From NCBI RefSeq assembly GCF_001194135.2, contig NC_069000.1:38702444-38766443 (forward strand): a DNA stretch of 64,000 bases, written 5' to 3'. This document shows positions 1-12,532 of this stretch, piece after piece. The notes beneath the pieces were generated by a model. The model did no database searches. It saw nothing but the letters and a program-made list of their open reading frames with translations, and was not told the origin of the DNA. This DNA comes from Octopus bimaculoides (Eukaryota). The number at the start of each line of letters is the position of its first letter. Within the stretch, counting starts at the first letter, position 1. A program made the position numbers and the translations under genes.

Positions 1-58
1 CAATATCATTCTATTCACTTAGTTTTACATGATTACACTTTTATCGCCTTGAAAGTAT

Positions 59-148
59 GTACTGGAGTCGACCTGTTCGACTATTCAACTGAACCTTTCG
101 ATAACGCGTCTCAGCATGGTCACAATAGACTGAATGAAACGACTAAGT
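59..148 (+). mobile_element. Degenerate 3' fragment of SINE family B
   Basis: gtactggagtcgacctgttcgact...cagcatggtcacaat...tgaaac resembles the family B tail seen intact at 26982-27105. Confidence 0.5.
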
Positions 149-935
149 CACAATCATAAAATATTAAAATATCTTTGCTTCTTGCAGATACTATAGTCTT
201 ATACTATAGTCTTATACTATTTCTATTGACAGAGAATTTGGTAGTATTTTCATAAAGAAGTTTTGTTCTTTTTATTTTTACATCAATATCTGGCTGATTA
301 CCAAATCTCCTTGTGAAATTTAGAGATATTTTATTCGAAAAACTTTCTTAAACTTGCTATTAAAGCCGTAATTGTTCACGACTTTCGTAAAGATTATTGA
401 TATTTTAACAACGTATTGATTAGAAGATTGTAAATAAACACATCAGGCGATAATTTTTATAATTAATTGTTTGAATGCCGTGTAGAGACAACAACATTCA
501 TCTTATTTCTGATCGATATATTCTTTATTGTGTCCAAATTATTCTATTTTGTTTCCGTTGTATATCTCAATTCGTTAGAAAACACACACACGCACGCACG
601 CACGCACACACACACACACACACACACACGCGCGCACGCACGCACACACATACACAGAGGAATAAGTGTATATACAGATACATATGTTTATATATTTTAT
701 ATAGTATATANNNNNNNNNNNNNNNNNNNNNNNNNNNNNNNNNNNNNNNNNNNNNNNNNNNNNNNNNNNNNNNNNNNNNNNNNNNNNNNNNNNNNNNNNN
801 NNNNNNNNNNNNNNNNNNNNNNNNNNNNNNNNNNNNNNNNNNNNNNNNNNNNNNNNNNNNNNNNNNNNNNNNNNNNNNNNNNNNNNNNNNNNNNNNNNNN
901 NNNNNNNNNNNNNNNNNNNNNNNNNNNNNNNNNNN

Positions 936-969
<34 letters not shown>

Positions 970-1119
970 TATATGCATATATATACATGTGTACATATAT
1001 AACCGAGATAATATTAATATATACATAAATTAATATATGTACATATATGTATATGTATGTGTATATATATATATACACGCATATATACATATATCTATCC
1101 TATCTATCAACATACATAC

Positions 1120-1157
<38 letters not shown>

Positions 1158-1642
1158 AAGAACCAGATTAGGGTATAATCGATATTTTTCCTAGAGTTAG
1201 TTAGATAAACAAAATAGTTTATTCACGAATATACTGTTCGATCGAAAAATCGATAAAGGACAATATCTGCTTTCTTCGCTAAGCCGAAACATATAGTTTA
1301 TTTTTCATAACCAATTTCGTAATACATATTTAGGAGATTATATTATTGCCTCAATATCCTCTTCATTTATTTCTCGATAAAAAAAGAAAAAACACCGTCG
1401 GATCACTCATGGGAAAAATTATTCCATCAAGCCTGACTGTCTCTTAATTTACAGACACAGAAAATATAGGGCTATATTACGTAATCTTTTTGAGGGGACA
1501 AAATACAAAATGCAAAGACAAAGAAACAAACAAAACTCTCCCATGTCGAATTAACTATGCAATACAATTCGGTCACCATTGTTAGGTTATGAGGGGAAAT
1601 AATACCTATGGAATGACGAAATAATCCTTTCTACAATATGCA

Positions 1643-1840
1643 AAAGGCCAGAAATTGGGGGGAGGGGACTAGTCGATCCCATCGACCACAGGATTTCACT
1701 GGTACTTATCTCATTAACACCAAAATGATGAAAGGCAAAGTCGGTCCCAGCGGAATTTGAACTGAGAACGTAGCTACGGGCAAAATAACGTTTAGCATTT
1801 CGCCCAGCGTGCTAACGATTCTGCCAGCTCTCTGCCTTAA
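1643..1840 (-). mobile_element. tRNA-derived SINE family A, near full length
   Basis: Reverse complement gives ggcagagagctggcagaatcgttagcacgctgggcgaaatgctaa...gttctcagttcaaattccgc (A/B-box-like head); homologous to many other copies in the window. Confidence 0.85.
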
Positions 1841-2682
1841 GAGTTCAGAAATAAAGACGGACTAACTAATCGAAAAGGATATAAAGTAACCCTTGCCTAT
1901 TATTGTAAGACATATGGCGCCTCCCTGGTTGTATCTAGTAATTACTTCACCAGTGTATCTGTGAATCCATAGTACAATAGATCAAGATAAGGATGGTGAT
2001 AAAAAGAAAATGCATACCCGTACAATGCATACTCAAGTTGTTTACTTTATGGGTTTAGTTTTATCTTCAAATTACGGATGGGGGGGGGGGATAGAGTACA
2101 ATCACAGTCTGATCTAACAAAGAACTTGTTCAAAATAATCGCCTGATGAAGCACATTCAAGCATTTTCTGGATGGTGCAGGATGCACAATATGTTAATTA
2201 TATATTTGTTCTAGTGTAGGATAAATGGCGACAACCGGACCTGATACCTGATGTCTTTCTATATTACTCTTTTGAATAGATCTTTCCTATTTGTTTTACT
2301 TTTCCTAAGGTATTTCTTCTGTTATAATATGGTTGCCTTCTTTAATCAACCAGCCAAGACACCATAAAGTAAATAAGACTGTGATTTGAAGAAATTGAAA
2401 GTATTTTTCTCTTTACACTAATGGGTTTTGCAAACAGCCTTTCTATATTCTATGATTCTTCCGATAACTTCACAGCTTGGTGTGCTGGTTAACTTAATTT
2501 TTTTACGTTACCTGTCTATGTGTTTATCTAAAATCTCCCGAATATGGTGGATTTTTGTAATGAAGTTATATAATAATTCGTCAATACACATACACGCACA
2601 CACAGAAACGCACACACACACACATTAATATATGTATATATGTACATATATATATATATGTTTGCATGCAGGTATATTTAGC

Positions 2683-2716
<34 letters not shown>

Positions 2717-2764
2717 TAAAAATAAATACAAAAAAAGGGTTTTGTATGATCGTGTATAGAGGAA

Positions 2765-2960
2765 TATATTATTTTATTTAAAAGAGTTCCAGCTCTGTCA
2801 GTTTTTTATGTTTTATTTATATTCTTGTAAAATTAATGTGGGATATAAAATATGGAATATAAAAATGGGTGGTACAATGAAATGAAGTATTGAATGTCTT
2901 ATTGAATATATGAAATATTGAGTGTTCAATATAAAGAATTAAACATATAAAGGCACATTT
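2765..2960. repeat. Dispersed repeat, homologous to 11720-11990 (hammerhead-bearing family; core deleted in this copy)
   Basis: Shared blocks tttttatgttttatttatattc, taatgtggg, atgaaatattgagtgttcaatataaag; here aaggcacatttc replaces aaggcgactcgagtttc. Confidence 0.8.
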
Positions 2961-3979
2961 CTATATATATATGNNNNNNNNNNNNNNNNNNNNNNNNNNN
3001 NNNNNNNNNNNNNNNNNNNNNNNNNNNNNNNNNNNNNNNNNNNNNNNNNNNNNNNNNNNNNNNNNNNNNNNNNNNNNNNNNNNNNNNNNNNNNNNNNNNN
3101 NNNNNNNNNNNNNNNNNNNNNNNNNNNNNNNNNNNNNNNNNNNNNNNNNNNNNNNNNNNNNNNNNNNNNNNNNNNNNNNNNNNNNNNNNNNNNNNNNNNN
3201 NNNNNNNNNNNNNNNNNNNNNNNNNNNNNNNNNNNNNNNNNNNNNNNNNNNNNNNNNNNNNNNNNNNNNNNNNNNNNNNNNNNNNNNNNNNNNNNNNNNN
3301 NNNNNNNNNNNNNNNNNNNNNNNNNNNNNNNNNNNNNNNNNNNNNNNNNNNNNNNNNNNNNNNNNNNNNNNNNNNNNNNNNNNNNNNNNNNNNNNNNNNN
3401 NNNNNNNNNNNNNNNNNNNNNNNNNNNNNNNNNNNNNNNNNNNNNNNNNNNNNNNNNNNNNNNNNNNNNNNNNNNNNNNNNNNNNNNNNNNNNNNNNNNN
3501 NNNNNNNNNNNNNNNNNNNNNNNNNNNNNNNNNNNNNNNNNNNNNNNNNNNNNNNNNNNNNNNNNNNNNNNNNNNNNNNNNNNNNNNNNNNNNNNNNNNN
3601 NNNNNNNNNNNNNNNNNNNNNNNNNNNNNNNNNNNNNNNNNNNNNNNNNNNNNNNNNNNNNNNNNNNNNNNNNNNNNNNNNNNNNNNNNNNNNNNNNNNN
3701 NNNNNNNNNNNNNNNNNNNNNNNNNNNNNNNNNNNNNNNNNNNNNNNNNNNNNNNNNNNNNNNNNNNNNNNNNNNNNNNNNNNNNNNNNNNNNNNNNNNN
3801 NNNNNNNNNNNNNNNNNNNNNNNNNNNNNNNNNNNNNNNNNNNNNNNNNNNNNNNNNNNNNNNNNNNNNNNNNNNNNNNNNNNNNNNNNNNNTATATATA
3901 TACACGTAAGTATATTGTGGTGGAATAAATTCAGAGTTTACAATATACACTAATTGTAGTACTGAATTTTACTTCTTTG

Positions 3980-4140
<161 letters not shown>

Positions 4141-5339
4141 GTTGCTCTCGTTCTTATGTTATATACTATAGTTATTATTCAACTGATATAATATGTAGAT
4201 TAACATCATTATAATAGTATGAATGATGTTTTTACAGTGAAAGTATACATCGATATTTTGAATTTTTCATTGATTTGTGATAACTGGCTTACAATATCCC
4301 AGTAAAGAAGTATGTGTGTTGATGGACAATCATTATGTGTGATTCCTAGATATATTTGACTATAATATATCGTAGAATGATAATTCAGTAACAAGTCTGG
4401 ATAATAATTGTCAAATTGTCTGGTTAATATTTTCCAAGTGATTTACCTTCAATTGTGCGACTCATTCGTGTTTGGTTATTCTCGCCAATGTCCAAATATA
4501 GCAAAAACAACATACTCAACTTTTTGTTTAATTCTCCAATAAAATGCGACAGTAATTCAGTTATTCTTTCACTTTTTTCTGAAATTCTGAATAAATATTT
4601 TGATGTAGAAATATTTTCCCATCCTGCCTCACTTTTCTACGTTAAATTCGATCTTGGTTATGATGCATCTTTCTCTCCTCATATCGAACAAAACACATTC
4701 TGTATTTTTGTTTAGAATTAAATACAGACGCGTATTCTAAAGGATAAGGTATTGAACACACGGTCTTCAGGCTCGTAGTTCGGTATTCAGACTAAGCGTC
4801 CTTGAGCAACGTTGGTCCAGTAAACTTCATTTGAAATGGGTGCAATTGGCATTTTGAGGGTCAAACAGGTAATAGTCTCGCATGCCGTTTAAAGGGGTAT
4901 CTTATACTGTTAATCTAAATGATTTAAAATGTGGCGTAAGCAGTGAATTCGTGAGCTTGAAGGTTGCAGCAAAATTTTGCTACCATAGAAAGTGTTTCAA
5001 AGACCATTGTATTATTATCTGATTGTATTTCAATCAAGTTTCTCTTGCGACCATCCTGAAGAAAGATATGCGCTTTCAGCAAATATTATTTATTTCAATA
5101 CAAATGTATATTTCTTCATCAACTAAACACGGCCATAATAATGTATTTTGAAATAAAACCCATACATGAACACATGATGGTGTTAACGCATTGATTCAGT
5201 GACAAGCACGAAGGCGCTTCTTTAACGAAGACAATATGCAATTTCAATTCCTGAGATTGGTGTAATCGAAAGAGTCCTTCCAGCTAATTGCTTTCCTCAA
5301 GCGTTCACAAGACATTCTCCACATCTTCATCCTCATCAC

Positions 5340-5358
5340 ACTCATCATCATTATCATT

Positions 5359-5429
<71 letters not shown>

Positions 5430-5430
5430 G
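5340..5430. repeat. (CAT)n microsatellite
   Basis: Directly visible; explains the poly-M ORF. Confidence 0.95.
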
Positions 5431-5628
5431 GTTGTTTCTGTTATTTATACAGAGCAGTTGAAAAATTGTTAACACACCGGAAATAATGGGTTAATGCATT
5501 TTTATGCATTTTCACGTTCAAATTCCGCCTAGGTTGCCTGTACTTGTCATCCTTTCGGGGTCGATGAAATAAGCATCAGTTTAAACTCGACTATCTCCTT
5601 CCCACTAGATTTCAGGCATTATATAATG

Positions 5629-5629
<1 letters not shown>

Positions 5630-5675
<46 letters not shown>

Positions 5676-6110
5676 GTTGTTATTGAGAAGCACACTCCGT
5701 AAAAGTGAGGTTGGGGTAGATATATACAAAGTGCAAAATGACCATCACCCCCTATCTGTCTGATAAGGGTACATTCTGCTCATTTCCATTTCCAAGTCCT
5801 CATATTTCTTAAATTTCACAAACATTTTCAAAGATGAGCGTTTGTCAGATGGGGCTAAAACATCAACCAGAAGACACGTATTCTGAACATAATTTTTCGC
5901 AATGATATCTGATGTGATATCTTCGATTTTCCGATCAGTCTGAACACAAAGGATTGTAACTTCAGCATTTTACACAGTTTCCGACAGCTCACCACCTTAT
6001 AATGGCTTCAAATTTTGACACAGATTCTGGAGTTTTACTGGAATTGGTTGTATCAATTTCCTTCAGCTGTTTTGCAACTTTATCGACCACGAAATCAAAC
6101 CTAAAATAAT
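5630..6110 (-). mobile_element. Degenerate RLE-type non-LTR retrotransposon (R4/Dong/NeSL-like): restriction-like endonuclease fragment joined to 3' tail with (AAT)n
   Basis: Minus-strand translation with stops and frameshift: KTPESVSKFEAIIRW...QTDRKIEDITSDIIAKNYVQNTCLLVDVLAPSDKRSSLKMFVKFKKYEDLEMEMSRM, matching the ILWDFxIQTDRxI..RPDI..CLLIDV..K..KYxDL RLE pattern; followed by a tail homologous to 9955-10070 and (AAT)n. Confidence 0.8.
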
Positions 6111-6469
6111 AATCAAATACCTTCAACACCACACGAAACACAGACAAGTGATACTTGACATAAACAAAAACAACTGGATATATAACCATATTGCTATTTT
6201 TCATCACCTAGTTATGTTTACCAAATAATTGGAGGCAATGGACACTTGCAATCCTTGACTGATATGAAGCATACATATGTGAAATATTGCAAATATTATT
6301 CAGAAAACCGCTAAACGTTCTTTTCTTTTATCTTTCAGGAAATGTCTTTTCCTGTTTTTACGGTCTGTTTAACTTATTAATAGGATTTGTTTTTCTTGCG
6401 GCTCTCTTTTAATGAGATGTTGTTTTCAATTTTTGCATCCAAAACATCTATGCTTTATCTACTCAAAGA

Positions 6470-6720
6470 AACCGAGTGGTTGTGTGATAAGAGGTTTCCT
6501 TCACAACAACACGGTTCCGGGTTCGGTCCACTGCGTGGCATTTTGGGAAGGTGTCTTCTACTATAGCCTCGGGCCTACCAAAGCCTTGTGAGTGGATTTG
6601 ATAGACGGAAACTGAAAGAATCCCGTCGTATGTGTGTGTGTGTGTTTTATGTATTTGTGTGTCTGCGTTTGTTCTCACTATCGCTAGACAATCGATGCTG
6701 GTGTGTTTACGTCCCCGGTA
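6470..6720 (+). mobile_element. SINE family B, 5' two-thirds
   Basis: tRNA-like head ggttccgggttcggtccactgcgtggca, then gccttgtgagtggatttgatagacggaaactgaaagaa, TG tract, gatgctggtgtgtttacgtcccc. Confidence 0.9.
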
Positions 6721-6721
6721 T

Positions 6722-6860
6722 TACGTCTGTCTTTACGTTCTGAGTTCAAACGCCATCGAGGTCGACTTTGCATTTCTTCCTTTCGGGGTCGATAAAATGA
6801 CTATCAGTTGTGTACTGAGACAATTTAATCAACTGGCCTCCTCGCCCAAAATTCCGGACG
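6722..6860 (+). mobile_element. SINE family A, 3' part fused to preceding family B copy
   Basis: gtctgtctttacgttctgagttcaaa...gaggtcgactttgcatttcttcctttcggggtcgataaaa. Confidence 0.85.
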
Positions 6861-6889
6861 TTGATTCGAAAAGAATATATATATATTCT

Positions 6890-7015
6890 TTTATTTGTTT
6901 CAGATATTTGACTGCAACCACGCTGGAGCACCGCCTTTAGTCGAGGAAATCGACCCAAGACGCAGTGGGACTGAAACTAGAACCACGTGACTGGTAAGCG
7001 AGCTACTTACCATAG
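6890..7015 (-). mobile_element. SINE family B, internally deleted
   Basis: Tail (gctggagcaccgcctttagtcgag) directly joined to head (gcagtgggactgaa...accacgtg). Confidence 0.8.
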
Positions 7016-7448
7016 TGAGGGATTATAAATCCAGGCAAAATATTTCATAAGCTCTCTGTTGGCGCACCAGACTAACTAAGAACCTTACTAAAATTAGTGA
7101 AGAATTCAGAGTAATATCTTGGTAGGGTTCCAGGTTATGGTTCGTCTCATTCCTATATTATAAATCCGTGGATCAGCACTCATATAACCACGCTTGCATT
7201 TTTCTTGATTTTTTTTCTGTCTACCTGGAACTTAAAATATAGCTACTCGTCAGATCGTAAGTAGAACAATAATTAGATATATATCTCAACCAACAATAAG
7301 TACCAAATGAATTAATATGAAATGCTTATTATATAAAGATAGAAAAATTATTTAAAAAATATCATAATATCAAAATAATAACCATTCAATAATCATCCCT
7401 TCATCCATTATAATAACATGTATATTATATACAAAAAACATCTTACAT

Positions 7449-7500
7449 AAATTATCATTGTTTTAAATTATCATTGTTTTAAATTATCATTGTTTTAAAT
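7449..7500. repeat. 16-bp tandem repeat x3 (aaattatcattgtttt)
   Basis: Directly visible. Confidence 0.9.
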
Positions 7501-9134
7501 ACAAGTTGAACGAAGTTTAATTTTAAAATAATAATGAAGATAAAATTAGTACATATTTAACCGGTGTAATAGTTAAAGCNNNNNNNNNNNNNNNNNNNNN
7601 NNNNNNNNNNNNNNNNNNNNNNNNNNNNNNNNNNNNNNNNNNNNNNNNNNNNNNNNNNNNNNNNNNNNNNNNNNNNNNNNNNNNNNNNNNNNNNNNNNNN
7701 NNNNNNNNNNNNNNNNNNNNNNNNNNNNNNNNNNNNNNNNNNNNNNNNNNNNNNNNNNNNNNNNNNNNNNNNNNNNNNNNNNNNNNNNNNNNNNNNNNNN
7801 NNNNNNNNNNNNNNNNNNNNNNNNNNNNNNNNNNNNNNNNNNNNNNNNNNNNNNNNNNNNNNNNNNNNNNNNNNNNNNNNNNNNNNNNNNNNNNNNNNNN
7901 NNNNNNNNNNNNNNNNNNNNNNNNNNNNNNNNNNNNNNNNNNNNNNNNNNNNNNNNNNNNNNNNNNNNNNNNNNNNNNNNNNNNNNNNNNNNNNNNNNNN
8001 NNNNNNNNNNNNNNNNNNNNNNNNNNNNNNNNNNNNNNNNNNNNNNNNNNNNNNNNNNNNNNNNNNNNNNNNNNNNNNNNNNNNNNNNNNNNNNNNNNNN
8101 NNNNNNNNNNNNNNNNNNNNNNNNNNNNNNNNNNNNNNNNNNNNNNNNNNNNNNNNNNNNNNNNNNNNNNNNNNNNNNNNNNNNNNNNNNNNNNATATAT
8201 ATATGTAAATATATGTATATATGTATGTATATATACATATATATATATATATGCGCTAGTATGTTTTCAGATACACATATTTACTAAATGTGTTCATTAT
8301 ACATCATTATTAGGAGAATAAGAGCTACAAATTAAATAGTATTTATACCTACAAACAAAAGCGATCGGCGATCGGCGATCGGCGAACGAGGAATGGTAAA
8401 AGGAAAATCAACACGCGACAGAAATCTTAGAAAAAAAAATGGATGAATTTCGAAGATGAAAGAAAATGCTTGTGAAATATTATAACAACAACAACAACAA
8501 TAATAACAGCAACAATGATTAAATTCGTGGAAGTGATTTATATTCCCGAGAGAGAAAACAAATAGATATGGAATATTAAAAGAAAACCACGTTTTTTTTT
8601 CATGGAGAATGGCGAAAAAAGATTTACTTCATTTTCAAGGCGTTTGAAAAAAAATTAGATACTTGGAAAGCGTATTGAGATAAACAAATCTTCGCGCGTA
8701 TATATCCTCCGAAAAAAAATGTGCAGGTAATAGTTAAGATTAGATAAGTCGATAAAACTACATTGGATTAGCTCAGCACCTTCAGGTTAACATAACTAAT
8801 ATCTCGTGGGCTTCAAGTATGAATTTAAAACAGCAAATCATTCTAAAAGTATATTATCGGCAAAAGTTTGGCCATTTTCCGAAGGGAGGCATTCTTTCAA
8901 GCCGGAATGCAAGAGCGAATAACGTATTTCCATTCAAATGTTTAAATCTGTCATAATTTACGAAGAATAATTTGTACATTGTCGTTTGATTCTGATCTAC
9001 GTTCTCATAAAACAATGATAGATGAATTGTCATCATCATCATCATCATCGTCATCGTCATCGTCATCATCATCATCGTCGTCATGGTCGTCGTCGTCGTT
9101 ATTGTTATTATTATTATTATGATTATTATTATTA

Positions 9135-9235
9135 AAGCTTTGATCTGGCAGAATCGTAAACACGCTCAGAGGTATTTCACCCGTCGCTCCGTTCTGAGAT
9201 CAAATTCCCTTGAGGTCGACTTTGTCTCTCTTTCT
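9135..9235 (+). mobile_element. SINE family A, degenerate 5' half
   Basis: ctggcagaatcgtaaacacg...gttctgagatcaaattccc.tgaggtcgactttg. Confidence 0.75.
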
Positions 9236-9779
9236 TTAACTACCACTATTTCTCCTCGTTTTTCTCCCCTGTACTTTTCCATTTGTCTCTGATTTTTTTT
9301 TCAAATCTTTCAATCCCGCTACCCCCTACGCCTCTCTCTTCCTTCCATGTGACCGCTGTCCGGCCAGGCATGATCTTTCTGCCGATATATATATATAGTT
9401 TTAGGGAAAATAACCNNNNNNNNNNNNNNNNNNNNNNNNNNNNNNNNNNNNNNNNNNNNNNNNNNNNNNNNNNNNNNNNNNNNNNNNNNNNNNNNNNNNN
9501 NNNNNNNNNNNNNNNNNNNNNNNNNNNNNNNNNNNNNNNNNNNNNNNNNNNNNNNNNNNNNNTATATATACACACATATATATATATATATTTGTATGTA
9601 TAGCAGACTGACTGTATATATATGTAAACTAACCTGCACGTGACCCGTTGGGTCACCAATAGTTAAGGTATCCGAAAACATCACCTATCACTGGAATCCG
9701 TGGTCCAATTTACGCGAAACCTGTGTTATTTTATTTGCATTCATATTTCAATAGCATTTGAATAATTCACCTCTGCAAG

Positions 9780-10095
9780 CATAGGTGTTTCGTTCAACAT
9801 CCTCAAACAACACTTATTCAGGGACCTTTTGTACGGGATGGGCTTCGCGACCGGAAGAAAATTAGTTCTAACAGGGACCCACCTGCAAGGTTATGCACTG
9901 TTTATTTTAATATCAGATCACCATGTTGCGCATTTGTAGTCGTGATGCATGGGCGTGTTGTACCCTTATCAGATGGGTAGTCATGATAGGTATACTGAGA
10001 TTCGTATATTTGTACCCCAGGGTCACTTTAATAGCATACGCTTGTCTCTCACTCAATAATAACATTAATTCTCAGTAAAAAATAATAATAATACG
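9780..10095 (+). mobile_element. 3' end (UTR) of a non-LTR element with (AAT)n tail
   Basis: ...tgtacccttatcagatgggtagtcatgatagg...taccccagggtcacttt...ctctcactcaataataa; homologous to the tail attached to the RLE fragment at 5630-5770. Confidence 0.7.
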
Positions 10096-10733
10096 TACAA
10101 ATAAATATTAATTAAATAACTGTTTCAGTAATAAGAATTAATGAGTAGAACTGTGGGAAAGAAGTGAAGTATACGAGAGTATTATCCAAATTAAACATAC
10201 ACATCATTAAAAAATACATGGGAAAATATGAGATAAACTCAATTACCTTTTCCAAAATATTTTATTTGCGTATGAACATGAAATATCCTTCATCACTTCC
10301 CTCGCCTTTCCGTAAATGCATATATTTTTCTGCGTAATTTAAATCTACTGCCAATTTTTTTCGACTAACAGTTCCTTTGATCATTCTATTCGTTTGGTTT
10401 TACCCTTTGTCTGTTTTTTTCCTCCCTACTTCGTTTATTTTTCTCCCCCTTTCTTCACATATCTTTCTTGTCCGCTCAGCCTGTTCTACTCTGCTTCTCT
10501 TACTTCATCTCTTATTCCTCCTTTTGTTTTACATATATAGATATTTCGGTTCTGTTGTACCTGTCTTGCTCCAAATAAATCTATGATGTATTTATTAATT
10601 TTAGTTCGAACTTAATGAGGCACAATCAAAATATAATGGTCATTTTGGAAACAAACGTCGCATAAAATAATCCATTTTCCATATAAATATAGAATTCATT
10701 TGTAATTCTTGATATATACGCTCATATAAGCAC

Positions 10734-10783
<50 letters not shown>

Positions 10784-10826
10784 GTTTCTATCTAAATGTC
10801 TGTCGTTACCATTTTCTTCTTGTACA

Positions 10827-10860
<34 letters not shown>

Positions 10861-11719
10861 NNNNNNNNNNNNNNNNNNNNNNNNNNNNNNNNNNNNNNNN
10901 NNNNNNNNNNNNNNNNNNNNNNNNNNNNNNNNNNNNNNNNNNNNNNNNNNNNNNNNNNNNNNNNNNNNNNNNNNNNNNNNNNNNNNNNNNNNNNNNNNNN
11001 NNNNNNNNNNNNNNNNNNNNNNNNNNNNNNNNNNNNNNNNNNNNNNNNNNNNNNNNNNNNNNNNNNNNNNNNNNNNNNNNNNNNNNNNNNNNNNNNNNNN
11101 NNNNNNNNNNNNNNNNNNNNNNNNNNNNNNNNNNNNNNNNNNNNNNNNNNNNNNNNNNNNNNNNNNNNNNNNNNNNNNNNNNNNNNNNNNNNNNNNNNNN
11201 NNNNNNNNNNNNNNNNNNNNNNNNNNNNNNNNNNNNNNNNNNNNNNNNNNNNNNNNNNNNNNNNNNNNNNNNNNNNNNNNNNNNNNNNNNNNNNNNNNNN
11301 NNNNNNNNNNNNNNNNNNNNNNNNNNNNNNNNNNNNNNNNNNNNNNNNNNNNNNNNNNNNNNNNNNNNNNNNNNNNNNNNNNNNNNNNNNNNNNNNNNNN
11401 NNNNNNNNNNNNNNNNNNNNNNNNNNNNNNNNNNNNNNNNNNNNNNNNNNNNNNNNNNNNNNNNNNNNNNNNNNNNNNNNNNNNNNNNNNNNNNNNNNNN
11501 NNNNNNNNNNNNNNNNNNNNNNNNNNNNNNNNNNNNNNNNNNNNNNNNNNNNNNNNNNNNNNNNNNNNNNNNNNNNNNNNNNNNNNNNNNNNNNNNNNNN
11601 NNNNNNNNNNNNNNNNNNNNNNNNNNNNNNNNNNNNNNNNNNNNNNNNNNNNNNNNNNNNNNNNNNNNNNNNNNNNNNNNNNNNNNNNNNNNNNNNNNNN
11701 NNNNNNNNNNNNNNCAACA

Positions 11720-11990
11720 CTGTCTGTTTTTTATGTTTTATTTATATTCCTGCAGAACTAATGTGGGGTATAGAATATGGAATATACAATATATAATATG
11801 ATATACAATATACAATATAAAATAAAATAACATAAAAATGGATGGCACCATGAAAGAAAGTATTGAATATAGATGAAATATTGAGTGTTCAATATAAAGG
11901 ATCAAATATATAAATATATAAATATAAATATATATATATAAAGGCGACTCGAGTTTCAGGGCTATTTCCCTTCGTCATGGCCGGTATGAC
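11720..11990 (-). mobile_element. Repeat family member carrying a hammerhead-like motif (putative Penelope-type terminal region)
   Basis: Homologous to 2765-2960; ends with the hammerhead-like motif at 11943-11982. Confidence 0.55.
11943..11982 (-). ncRNA. Variant minimal hammerhead ribozyme-like motif
   Basis: Minus strand GGC-CATGACGA-AGGG-aaatag-CCCT-GAAAC-TCGA-GTC-GCC: helix I GGC/GCC, helix II AGGG/CCCT, palindromic helix III ACTCGAGT, GUC site; core has an extra A (CAUGACGA instead of CUGACGA). Confidence 0.5.
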
Positions 11991-11995
11991 GTATG

Positions 11996-12037
<42 letters not shown>

Positions 12038-12059
12038 CACGTATGTATGTATATATGTA

Positions 12060-12270
12060 TAGGCGCAAGTATGGCTGTGTGGTAAGAAGCTGGCTTCTGA
12101 TTCCCAACCACAAACATGGATCTGGGTTCAGACCCACTGCGTGACACCTTGGGCAGGCGTCTTCTTCTATAACCACACGACGACCAGGGCCTTGTGAGTG
12201 GATTAGATAGACGGAAACTGAAAGAATATACATACAACGATGAGTTTGTGTCTGTGTTTGTCTCCCAAAT
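12060..12270 (+). mobile_element. SINE family B, 5' part
   Basis: gcgcaagtatggctgtgtggtaagaagc...gggttcagacccactgcgtgacaccttgggca...gccttgtgagtggatt. Confidence 0.9.
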
Positions 12271-12274
12271 CCTT

Positions 12275-12406
12275 CTACCAAATCCACTCACAAGGCTTTA
12301 GTTGGCCCGAGAAAGACACCTGACCAAGCTGTCACGCTGTGGGACTCAAACAGGAATCATGTGGTTGGGAATCAAGCGTCTTAACACACAGCAACGCCTG
12401 CGCAAT

Positions 12407-12408
<2 letters not shown>
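12275..12408 (-). mobile_element. SINE family B, 5' part (inverted relative to preceding copy)
   Basis: ctaccaaatccactcacaaggcttt...gtgggactcaaa...catgtggttggga...acacagcaacgcctgcgc. Confidence 0.9.
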
Positions 12409-12462
<54 letters not shown>

Positions 12463-12532
12463 TATGTATATATATATATATATATATATACCATTGCGCA
12501 GGCGTTGCTGTGTGTTAAGACGCTTGATTCCC
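12367..12532. repeat. Perfect 42-bp inverted repeat around a (TA)n spacer
   Basis: 12367-12408 is the exact reverse complement of 12491-12532. Confidence 0.95.

Noticed and set aside
2144-2190. CTGATGA-A-GCAC...GTGC
   Set aside because: No GAAA box or cleavage triplet follows.
4209-4715. Possible L1/Tx1 C-terminal relic
   Set aside because: Multiple stops and only a vague C-x-x-C-like remnant; cannot be supported by eye.
5250-5490. Plus-frame poly-His peptide (IGVIERVLPANCFPQAFTRHSPHLHPHH...)
   Set aside because: Product of a (CAT)n microsatellite; no start, donor or recognisable domain.
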